A stretch of DNA of 64,000 nucleotides from Chrysomallon squamiferum. Lineage: Eukaryota > Animalia > Mollusca. Every line of letters begins with the position of its first letter. Positions within the stretch are counted from its first letter, which is position 1. The stretch is from assembly GCA_012295275.1 (NCBI GenBank), contig CM022679.1, forward strand, positions 10,230,001-10,294,000, in the 5' to 3' direction. Both the position numbers and the translations under genes were made by a program. A model generated the notes under the pieces. The model ran no database searches. It saw only the letters and a list, made by a program, of their open reading frames with translations, and was not told the origin of the DNA. Shown in pieces: positions 1 to 12,478 of this stretch.

Positions 1-36
<36 letters not shown>

Positions 37-89
37 CTTGAAGTATAACGTGCATACTAACTTACTAAAACTTTACACAGGAATCTTAC

Positions 90-239
90 CCAGTCTTCCA
101 AAGAGCTCCACTCCAAGGGCAGCAAATATAAAAAAGAGAAGAAAGAAGAGCAAGCCAAGGTTTCCCACCTGGGGCAAGGCTTGTATCACAGTGTCAAGCA
201 AGGCACGAATACCCTTGGCCATCTTCAGTAGCTTCAGAA
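90..239 (-). CDS. Cav3: Cav3 exon, DIV S4-S5 (150 bp)
   Basis: [49 protein letters not shown]; gtaaga donor. Confidence 0.96.
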
Positions 240-2208
240 CTAAACAAGAAAAACAGCAGTTTTTCATTTGCCAGTTTCATCATAATGTAAGGTGACGTGA
301 TATAACGTAATTTAACATATGTCTGTTTATCTGCATGAAAATTATATTTATCTGAGTGTGTGTGTTTAAGTGTAGCATAAGAGTTGTGTCCAGTAGGTTT
401 GTTCATCTGTGTATGTGATATGAGAAAATTGTTAACTTGGTCTCTTTTACTCTGTTTATGTCTGATAGCAGGTCTGCTGGTCTATTTATGAGATAATATA
501 ACTAATGAATTGGTATTTTTTTAATTTTTTTATTTATAACTAATAGCATTTCAGTTGGTCTGTTTGTCTGTGTGTGTGATATAACAATGTAGGTGTGTGT
601 CAGTAGGTGTGAATGCATGTGCATTTTTTTTCTGAATGCTTTTGATGCCGTTTCTGTCAAGTTTGTCTGTGTGTGTGTGTGTGTGTGTGCCTGCACAAAT
701 GTGTGTCTGAATGCATGTGCATGCAGGTGTGTGTTTGAATGCATGTGTGTGTTTGAATGCATGTGCATGCAGTTCTGAATGCATGTGCATGCAGATGTGT
801 GTCTGTCTGATGCTGACCTCGCATGCTAGGTGTGTGTCTGAACCTCGAGCTATGCGCAGGACTCTCATCACTCGGATGATGGTGGGGTTGATGGGGATGA
901 CGTTGGTTTCCATCTCCTCCAGAATGATTCCAGCTATCGACAGAATCACTATCAGAATATCCAGCTGGTTCCATCTGCACAAACAGTAATAATAATAACA
1001 ATAACAATAATAATAATAATAATAACAATAATAACAATAATCAACAATAATAATAATAATAATAACAATATCAACAACGATACTAATAATTATAATAACA
1101 ATAACACTGATAATAATAATAACAATAATAACAATAATAATAACAACAATAATAACAATATCAACAATGATACTAATAATTATAATAACAATAACACTGA
1201 TAGTAATAATAATAATAAATGTAGTATGGTAATAACAGTAATAGCAGTATTTATAATGATGATAATTATAATAGTAATAAAGGTTGTAGTATTAAAAAAT
1301 TTGATGTTGATGATGAAGTCACCAAACTGAGCTTATGTCAAAGTATATTTATATAAATTAAATAAATAAATAAATAAATATTCTATTGTTTTCACTTACC
1401 TGTCTTTTATGTATCTGAGAAAACTGAGAGCAACAATTTTCATAGCTGCCTCAAGGATAAAAACACTTGTAAAAAAGTAGTTGAAGATTTTTAGGGCAAA
1501 TTTCAGTTCCTAAAAAAAAAAAAAAAAAAAGAATAAAAGAGATGATGATGATGATGATAATGATGACAACAATAATAACAATATTAGTAAGCAAATAAAT
1601 AACAATATAAAAAAAATTAATAATAAATCAATTAAAATAGTAATATAAGTAAATAAATGTTTATTTATTTATATTACATATTAACAATGAATGCATTTTA
1701 AAGAAATTAATGAAATAAATAAATAAATGGACATAAAAAATTCCAACAGTAATCACTAATTTCTCAAATACTACAAAATCCATGAGAACTAAAATTTTCA
1801 TTTTCATTTAATTTCCAGTTCTAAACCTATTAATTACAAAAATCCTAAAAACAAAGATTTACAGAATATTACTCACTAACTCACAATCTGTCTGCATTTC
1901 AGTTCTTACCTTGGGCATCATGTAGTACTCCATTGCCATGGTGATGACATTCAGCCCAATGACGCCAGCTATGGCAAGGTCGAAGTATTTGCTGTTGATG
2001 ACAGTGTGGATGAGGAGACGAACAGTGGAATAGTTCGCCCAGTATGGCGGTTCTCTCAGCTCTGAAAGAGAAATTTCAAAAGGTAAAACAATAAATATTA
2101 AAATTAAAAATCATTACAAAAATTGCTTTGATATTTATAATGGTTTGAAATAAAGTGTTTTAATTAAAAAAAAAATGTTATTAATAAACACATAATAAAT
2201 TTTGCAAA

Positions 2209-2277
<69 letters not shown>

Positions 2278-4856
2278 CATAATCATAATAATAATAATAA
2301 CAATAATAAATAAATAAATAAATAAATAAAAAATAAATAATAAAATAATAATAACTATTTATGTTTATTTCAATACAAATAATTAAACATATAAATAAAA
2401 ATGTAAAGTAAATAATAAAATATATTAAAAAAATATTAAAAAATAAATAAATAAAATATGTTAAAATAAATAAAAAATAATAATAAAAAGGAAGAAATAA
2501 TAAATAAATAACATAATATATTTGCAACAATAACAGTTCATTTATATAAAACATTTCTTTTGAAATAAAATACAAAAGATGTAAAAATAAGAATGAAAAA
2601 ACAAAATCCATATATAGCTAAAATTTAGGAAAGAAATTTGTACTGCAAAAATTAAGTAAAACAGTTATGTAGCTATAAGTTAGGAAACAAATCCATATTG
2701 GATAATTATCTGATTTGTTATTACTTAATAATTAGCACAGATTATTTTCTAGCAAAACAGTAAAAAAAAATCCTTTATTCCAGATTGGCATACATTTAAC
2801 CTAACTTTTATTATTTATAAAACAAATGTATTAATTATTTTATTTTTATTTTTAAAGTTAAGATGTCATCCTTTCTTTTTTTTTCTTTTTTTTCACACAC
2901 CAAGCATAACCATTATGTCATTTCATGCAACCAAATTATCACTGTTTACTGCACTGTATAAATATACTATAATAATCCATTTATACCTTTATAATATTCA
3001 CACATCACTTTTAGACTTTCTTTATTTTAGAATATGTAATCATGTTTATATCATTTTTAATGTTGTTGTTGGGGTTTTTTTGGTGGTGGGGTTGTTGTTG
3101 TTGTTGCTGTTTTGTTATTTGTTATTTATTCTTTTTATAAATTTGAAATATTTAATTGTTATTAGTTTGAAATGTGGTGTTAAGGTAAATATTTTATTTT
3201 ATTATTGATATTTAATATTATATATCTAAAAAGGTAGTTTTAGGAAGAAAACTAATTACTACATACACCCATGAAATAATTTCATCTTATAATACGACAA
3301 TATTTATTTATATTTCTTTTAATTTTTAATTTTTAAATTTTTTCTTTTCTTTAGTTTTAAATGCTTAGCAAAGAAAATACTGTTTTTTTAATAATTAAAT
3401 TACAATTTTCCCTTATAAATGATATTTATGAAAATGGAAAAGATAGAATTTAATAAAATAATATATATATGTAAAAGCATTCTATTCACACAGCATTAAT
3501 GAAAGAGAAATGAGTAACTGCAAAATATCAACAGGTAAATAACTGTAACATAAATTTATATGAAGGCTGATATGTAATACATGTAATACAGTTTATAAAA
3601 TGAACCAATCACAGCATGTGTAACATCACAATGGTGTGATGTTGCCATGGTGACTGGCATAACAATGAGGACAACATCAAGACTGAGTCTGGCAGAGACA
3701 GAGAAACAGAGCATTATTTTATTTTTCTATTCTAGGATGCGTTACATGCAGAATTTTGACACATGCTAATGATGACGTGGAAAATACAGAGCTAATTAAA
3801 ATAATTTAAAATGATAAAATCTTTCTTATTACAAATAAAATAAGGATTTTTTAAGGTATGGAAGGTGGGGAAAAATGAAAAAAGAAAAATGTGCATTATT
3901 CAGTTCAACTGTATTCATTGAGAAGAAATTATCTTAAATAGAAAAATACTAATTTAGTTAACAACTATGAAGCAACGTAAATTTATATATATATAAAATG
4001 ATAAAATTAAAAAGCTATAATTTAAAAAAATGAAAATGATAAAATTAAAAATAAAAAATAATTTAAAAAAAAAAATGCAAAAAAATCAAAAACAAAATAT
4101 ATATATAATAAAAATAAATAAAAAATAAATGAAAACTGTATACATCAAAAAAAAAATAAAAGCAAAATATATAAATTGAAACACAAAGATGAAATATATC
4201 AATAAATATATATAAATGTCTTAGACAAGAAAAAAAAAAAAAAAAAAAAAAGATTGAAAAAAACCCTCAAAATACTCAAAAATACAGGATAATTTTAAAA
4301 AAGTCATTAAAAAAAAAAACCAGTTGAAAAATTAAATGATAAAGGATATGACTAGAAAAAAGGTACTGAATGCTGAAGTCACAGAATGATGTTTTATATT
4401 TCAGGATGATGATGTCATCAGTGAAGATAAATAAAAATGAAGACAAAGTCACTATTCATGCAGAATTGTACTTCAGTCCTTTTTCATTGATAATTCTCTA
4501 GTGACTAAGACAGTGTACACAGGCTTGAAGAGTTCTCTAATGAAATCATACTGAGTGGGGAAATGATAGAAAATGTCACATGCTGTAGTTCATCAGTCTG
4601 GATGTATGAAAATGGAAACATAATTCAAAATAATGTAATATTGGAAATCCTGGTAAATGTTAAATTCTTCTCAAGATGGAGATCAATAAAAAAAATCTTT
4701 CAAAGATCAGACTGTAGTATCAGACCTCATATATAAATAATTATAAGTTAAGAAGAAAATAAATTTTTATAATTTAAAAAAAAAAAAAAAAATCTGTGTT
4801 ATACGTGTTGTTGAAAAAGAATAGCAGTTAAATAGATTGAAATGATAACAGAAAAA

Positions 4857-4887
<31 letters not shown>

Positions 4888-7800
4888 ATGTCATAATAAT
4901 AATTTCATTAATGTAAAATCAAAATCTTAATCTCTGTAGTTTTAAACATATTGGCCATATTATTATTTTTTAAAAATGAATTAAAGATTAACATTCATTT
5001 AATCAAACAAAGAAAAATGAAGTATGGAATATTTTTTCAGTTTTAATAAAACAATTAAATGTTTTTATGCTTATTTATTTCTTTTAAATTTTCATGAGTA
5101 GATTAAGCATTTTTAACAAGTATTTGTCTTCACATTACTTTCAACATTAATTTTGTTTTCTATATTTTATTAACTCATTTTTCAATTATTATTAAAATAA
5201 TTCCACAATATATTTCATCTTTGTTTATTACCTTTGTAAAATATCATTTACAAGTTTTAAATATTTTTGATAGTTTCTTTATACAAATAAAAGAAATAAT
5301 TATAACACATGCTGTACTGATCTATTAATTAAAAAAAAAACCTTGATTTAATTATCAGGCAAAAGGAAAATAAATTTTATAATCTTTTACATGAAGCTTC
5401 ACTGCTGCAAAATAAAATCTGTTATGAGTTTCTAACACATTTACAACAAGCAAGCAATAAAAATACAGTAAAATAAAAATATATTTACTAAAGATATCAC
5501 TTCAACTAAAACTAAATGAATCACAGATAATAAAAATCTAAAAATGTACATTTTTCTTAGTATTATGTAAAAATAATTATAGAATTTAAAAACATAAATT
5601 TTATCACAGCTATAGTAAAACAGTTTGAGGAACAGACTGTAATTAATACCAGTTTTTGCTTCATGAATGTAGTGGATACTAGATATAAAGGGTTTTTATT
5701 ATAGGATTGAAAGGGTTAATATAATTGATGACTTGGATTTCTTATTTTTAAGTTTTCAGAATAATTTTTAAAACTGTTTTACTTATAACAAGATTTTCTT
5801 TATTATTGTGAAATCTTCAAATTTTTAATTTTTATTATTATTACTTTTTTATATTTTTTAATGTCCGAATTATCAATCAGTATCAAAGATTTAAAATAAT
5901 CAATATATTTTAACTCTATAAAAGGTTATCATAATTTAAAATTAGCAATGTCAATGAAATAAGAAATTTCACTTGATTATTTAAATTTCTTTAAACATTT
6001 TTTACTGATAAAAAAATATTAATTTATTAATTACTATTTTTTTTTTATAGAATAATATTAGGTATCCTTATTATTATCATTATTATTATTGTTATTAGTT
6101 GCATCTAAATAGGCTAAACTAAACTACAGTTAATATCAGAAACTACTAGTAAGGGGATACAACTGTGCTAGGGTTTGTTACTGAAGGAAAGTGCATAATG
6201 AGAGAAAAAAACAGCTATATATCTACTCTCCTAAACCAAACTAACCTTTCCAAGCAAGCATTTACCTTCAATCACAAAACAAGGCTTAAAAGGTGTATTT
6301 ATTTTACATTCCCTAAGAAAATGTAAATTTTATTATTAATCCAAGAGTGGTCTCCCTTCCATTACAAAGCCTGCATTACCATGCGAATTTGTAATGATGA
6401 ACAAAACTATGGATCGCTATGGTTTATTTTGGGTTTGAAATCACCTAACAATGTGCACTAAGAATTATTTAAAATTATTTAAAAAAAAAATAAATAAATA
6501 AATAAATAATATAAAACAAAACAAAAGAATATAATAAGAAGAAAATAATTATTATGAAAAAATCAAAAAGAAACAAAAAAAAAATAAAAATAAAAATGTA
6601 TACATATATAAAAGCTTCATCTATTATTTTATAATATTAATTTTATAATATTAAAATATAAATTATACTATATTATACCAGAGAAAGGGCTTTTAATTCT
6701 CTGTGGATATTCAAGATTAATTAATTTTACTGGGTTAAATGTGTGGTGCACAGAAAATATATTTCTGTTATAAAAATATATTTGTAAATACAAAAATTAA
6801 ACAGAAATATATCAAAAATGAAAACATTTTAACTGTCATATTATTAATTTATTTATTAAAATTGTTGTTAAACATAAAAAAAAAAACGTATATATTGACA
6901 GCTTTACCTCATACTTCCTTTTTGTTATAACAAAATATTTTTAGAAAATATTCTAAACAATTCGTTTTAAAATTTTATATATATATTTATATATATAAAC
7001 TGTGTTAGTTACAGCAACTGACCAAATACACATTGTTAGGTGAGTGAAAAAAATAACAGGAGGTTATCAAAACACTCTCTCTCGGGGGACGCTAGTAAGG
7101 AGGAGAGGGGTTGGACAGGTAGTAGTGGGATTGCATTTCTTCATTTCAAAACGGTTATGAAACAAAGTTAAAGCCTTGTTATTGCGTTGCCAGACCCAGT
7201 GACAATACCAACCAGAAAAACCCTTAGGGTCCTCACTCTTTCGCTTTCGCTCCAATTTGATTTGGCGCTTTTGGGCCCGTAGCGCTCTCTCCTCTAATTC
7301 CTGTGACTCACGGCACTTGTGGAAATTTTCTACTACCACACCGACAAACATGTTGAGGACGAAGAAGGCAACCAGTAGAAGGAATGAGATGAAATACAGA
7401 AGTCTCCATTCGTTGTAGTTTTCAATAGGCTGAAATTTTAAAAATATAGCAAGAAATATAAAAAAAAACCAGTTTTGTCTAGGCTGAAATAATTAATTGT
7501 CTCCCTTCTTTGTTGTTTTCAACAGGCTGAAATAAGAATTAGCATGAAATATAAAAACAGTTGTCTCCCTTCATTGTACCTTTCAACAGGCTGAAATAAA
7601 AGTTAACAAGAAATATAAAAATATGAAAATACAGTTGTCTCCCTTCACTATAGTTTTTCAATAGGCTGAAATTCAAAAATAGCAAGAAATGTGAAAATAT
7701 GAAAATACAGATTCTCCCTTCATTGTAATTTTAAATAGGCTGGACATAAAAATTTAAAAAAATTAAAACCCAGCAAACATCAAAGAAAGAAAAATTAATA

Positions 7801-10800
7801 TCCATTTTGTAAGACATAGTAAGTAAAATAGATGAGTTAACAAACCTGTGCGTCAACTGCAACTGCATCGAGTCCTGTGTACATGATGCTCACCCAGCCA
7901 TCCTTGGAGGCCAACACAAACAGAGCCATGAGAGCCTGCAGATTTTAAATAAAGGAAAGTGTTTTAAATGATGAGAAGAAAGTATTAAATATGTAGGAAG
8001 AAGAGCTGAGAAAATGAAATACATAGAAATTAAAAAGAAAAATGAAATATAATTAAAAAAAAAAAGAATAAAATAGAAACAATAAAATAAAATAAAATAA
8101 AAAAAAAAAAAATAAAAAAAATAAAATAAAATAAGAAATAAATAAAAATAAAATAATTATTTAACATATGCAAATATACACATTATAAATGAATGAAAAA
8201 AACCAACCAAAAACCCAACAATGGTCAAAGTTGTATTTAAAATGAAATTTACCTGTAACCAAGATTTTCAAAGATTCATTAAGAATGAAATTTACCTGTC
8301 CAAGATTGTCAAAGTTGTATTTAAAATGAAATTTACCTGTCCAAGATTTTCAAAGTTTTATTAAGAATGAAATTTACCTGTCCAAGATTGTCAAAGTTGT
8401 ATTTAAAATGAAATTTACCTGTCCAAGATTGTCAAAGTTGTATTTAAAATGAAATTTACCTGTCCAAGATTTTCAAAGTTTTATTAAGAATGAAATTTAC
8501 CTGTCCAAGATTGTCAAAGTTGTATTTAAAATGAAATTTACCTGTCCAAGATTGTCAAAGTTGTATTTAAAATGAAATTTACCTGTCCAAGATTTTCAAA
8601 GTTTCATTAAGAATGCAATTTACCTGTCCAAGATTGTCAAAGTTGTATTTCTGATTAACCCAGATGTTAGCTGGGTCTTTCTCACACTGAGTTCTATTTA
8701 CAATGTGTTTTATACTGGGCCCCTTGCAGTGGTAGAACATCCCTTTAAATAACTGTCAAACAAATTAAAAAAATAATAATAACAAATTGAAAAACACTGG
8801 TGAGTAATTAAAACAGTATGTATAATAATATATAACATGACCAAAATACAAATGTGTAACATTACTATTTCAGTTACAGAAGATTCAAATATCTTGTATT
8901 TCAGGAATTATATATTAACTGAAAGAAGAGTTAAATATTACTTCAGCAATATTATTAAATAATTATTATTTTTACTTTTAAATGAAAAAAATAATTTAAA
9001 AAAAAAAAAATGTATTTAAATCTTATTAATTAATCCTTCAAATTAATGAGCAGAGAATTTTGGGTAACCATGATTAACAAGGAGTTTTTCTAATTCTGTT
9101 TAATATATTTATGAAATGGCAGATATTTAACCAAAGTCATTAATCATTGTTATGCACTAAAATATAATACAGTTTATATAAATAATATATATTCGTATCT
9201 GTTTGTCATTAGAGAAATGTATATAAAAATTAATGTAAACAAAATGCACATTACCTGTACTCCCAGTATACCAAATATAATGAAAAATGTACAGCAGATG
9301 AGGACGATGTTTCCAATAGGTCTTAAAGATGAGAGCAAAGTCTGTACCACAAGTTTCAGTCCCGGAGCTCGACTTATCACTCTGAAATACAAAATAATAA
9401 GTATTTAATAGAGAAACAATTCATGAGGTAATCAGAGATATGTAACAGTATCAATAAGCAAGTAATTAATTTATTGTACACAGTAATCTGAAATATATAA
9501 CAGTAACTATAAATAAATAATTAATAGAGAGAATATTCTTTGTCAGGTAACCTGAAATATTCAGATAGTAAAGAAATGAAAAGAAAGAGAAAATTTAATG
9601 CAATAGCAAACATGTCAAAGCCTGGAAGGATTCAAAACCAGAATTTGTTAAAATTTCCTTTTTTTTTCCTCTGGTTTTATTTTAAAGTCTTATTTATAAA
9701 AATAATTTTTTAATAAGTGTAAATTTACTGATGTTATTTAATAAAGAGAGATTTGTCTGAATTTTATTTTATTCTACCTAAATTTTTGATTAAAAAAAAC
9801 ACAACTATGAAAGGTAACTTATAATTTGTAAAGAGAGATAACTGATAAACACAAAGGAAGATAACTCCAAAGTAAATTCACAAAGATAAACAACTCTGAA
9901 ATAAATAAATGACAAAGATGGGTAACTCTGAAATATCTATTAGTTAGAAAATAAAAGTGTATATATCATTAAAGAACTGAAGGGTATGATTAGACTGAAA
10001 TTAAAATTTGAATATGGAAATGACAGTTAAAAGAACCAGTTATTTTTGTCAGAGATTCTGTGTTTATTTAATTTCTAAAAATGTATTTATATTATTATAT
10101 GTATATATATAAGTAAATGCATGGTTTTGTTTATTATTTCTCAGCTTATTTGTTTAGACAGACAACTGTGTTTTACCTTAAAGGTCTAAGTGTTCTAAGC
10201 AGTCTGAAAACTCGAAGAATTCCAAATATTTTAGGACTGCTATTGGCGACCAGTGAGACAAAGATGTCGACAAGGGAAATCATCACAAGAAAACCATCCA
10301 TGATGTTCCAGCCACTCTTCAGGTAAGCATGCTTCCCAATGAAGAAACCTTTGGCTAACACCTGAAACACAGGAGAAAATAAACCAGATGAATAAATGGG
10401 TGGATAAATGAATGAATGAATGAATAAAGGATGAATTAGCAAAAGACCGAGTGAAAATAAAAGTAAATGAGTGAACGAGAAATGAGTGAATGAAGGACAA
10501 CAAGTGAATGAATAAAGAATAAATGAATGAATAAAGGCGAGTAGTTTTTAAAAGCATAAATAAAAACCCTTCAAAACATCTTTAGAATAATTTTATGAAA
10601 GTTATTATTAGTTATCTAGAATGAGAATAATTTAATATTAAACATTGGATAGAAACTCAATAGTATTATGGTCTGGGCTGCTAAATCAAGAATTATGTAT
10701 TACATATGACATCATAATAAAATATATATAAAATACACTAATTTTTATGTGAATGTTAATATCCTTTCCAACAAGAACATTCAAACATATGGAATGTTAG

Positions 10801-11141
10801 ACATTTAAAAAAAATATATCTTTTTAATTTCTGACTGGAGAGTAGAACCTATGTATTGTTGTAGAAATAAAATCTGCTAAATAAAATATTAACAAATAAG
10901 TGAGAAGAGCTACAAACTTTAAGAATCATTTCTGCAGCAAAAATGAAGGTGAAACCATAGTTGGAATATGTGAGAAACCTCCTCTCCTGAAAATAACAAA
11001 AAATATATTTTTGTAAATAAAATCATTCACCATACTGCTACACACAAAAATTTAAAATATGTATTATTATAAATACATATATATTATATAGGTATGTTTG
11101 TGTGTGTATGTATGGATATATAAATATATGGATGTATGGGC

Positions 11142-11172
<31 letters not shown>

Positions 11173-11573
11173 TGTATTTATGTATGTATGTATGTTATGT
11201 TTGTACATATGACAATTAATCTGTAAAATTAATTTGTTTCTTATTTTATTTTATTAAATTTTTGGGGATGAAAGATTATTCATTAAACCATTAAGTATAT
11301 TAGATAATTTGTTAGATTATTTAATTTAATAGTTATCTGAAGATATGACATAAGGCAAGGTAGCTCACGATGCTGTTTGGTGGAATATCTGGTCGCTCCA
11401 TGGCTAGGGTTATACAGTTGAGAGCAATGAAGAACAACACACAGTTGTCAAACCACTTCCTTGAAATCAGGTGATGACAAACCTTGTATATTCTACAAAT
11501 ATCATAATAATAATAATAATAATAATAAATATATTACAATGAACAGTAACAAAAATAAGAATTATGGTGATGT

Positions 11574-11624
<51 letters not shown>

Positions 11625-12414
11625 CTAAAGGTTAATAATATTCACTAATATTCGCAAAATAATAATAATAATAATAATAACAAATAAATAAATTTATAAA
11701 TAAATAAAATGAAAATAAATTTTTAGAGTTATTTTATTTCAAACATAACTGAAATGTGTGACACATACACAGAGATAAACATTCTTAAAGATGAAAAAAA
11801 TGGCAGATATCAGGTTGAATTTATGTACAAATATCTAAATACTGTATATGAAATTCATTTAAAAACACTATAAAGTTTTATTCCAACCCAATAAATAAAA
11901 TAAATAAAAAAAAAAACAGATGAAAAACCTAAGGTGGAATGAGCATACCTGTGTGTTGTAAAATGACTTACCTGTTTTCATGTGAGAAAATGTACAGTGA
12001 ATACTCGTGCCTGGTTTTAAAACAACCTTTAGGTTCTGGACAACAGTGGCAGTCCCAGTCCTGATATACAAACAAAAAATACACAGTTAGTTATACACAA
12101 CTACTTATAATATTACATATAAAATACTGAGTGTGTATATATATATGTTTTGGGTACACTTATTTCTATGTATGTACATATCTGTGTATAAAGTGTGTAC
12201 ATTAATATATATATCTGTTGTAAAATATATCTTCAACAATAATAATTTATATTGTTACTTATATTTGTATGCTGTATAATGTCAATTAGTGTCTGTGTTT
12301 GTGTTTATATATGAGCACATGTATGTTTTGTATGTGTATTCTATGATTTTAATTTCTCCAAATGATGTCAATAATGATGACAATGAAAATAATGATAATA
12401 ATAACAAACTGAAT

Positions 12415-12478
<64 letters not shown>

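Noticed and set aside
6150-6330. Strong-looking splice signals in the III-IV intron as a possible exon-26 analogue
   Set aside because: No acceptor/donor pair gives a stop-free, frame-preserving phase 1-1 exon.
8224-8650. Regularly spaced repeat resembling a CRISPR array
   Set aside because: Units are contiguous with no unique spacers, there are no cas genes, the context is a eukaryotic intron, and the unit derives from the adjacent exon end.
11949-11971. Second donor CAG|GTATGC after the 89-bp exon
   Set aside because: It adds 23 nt (frameshift), and the upstream donor is a perfect GTAAGT.
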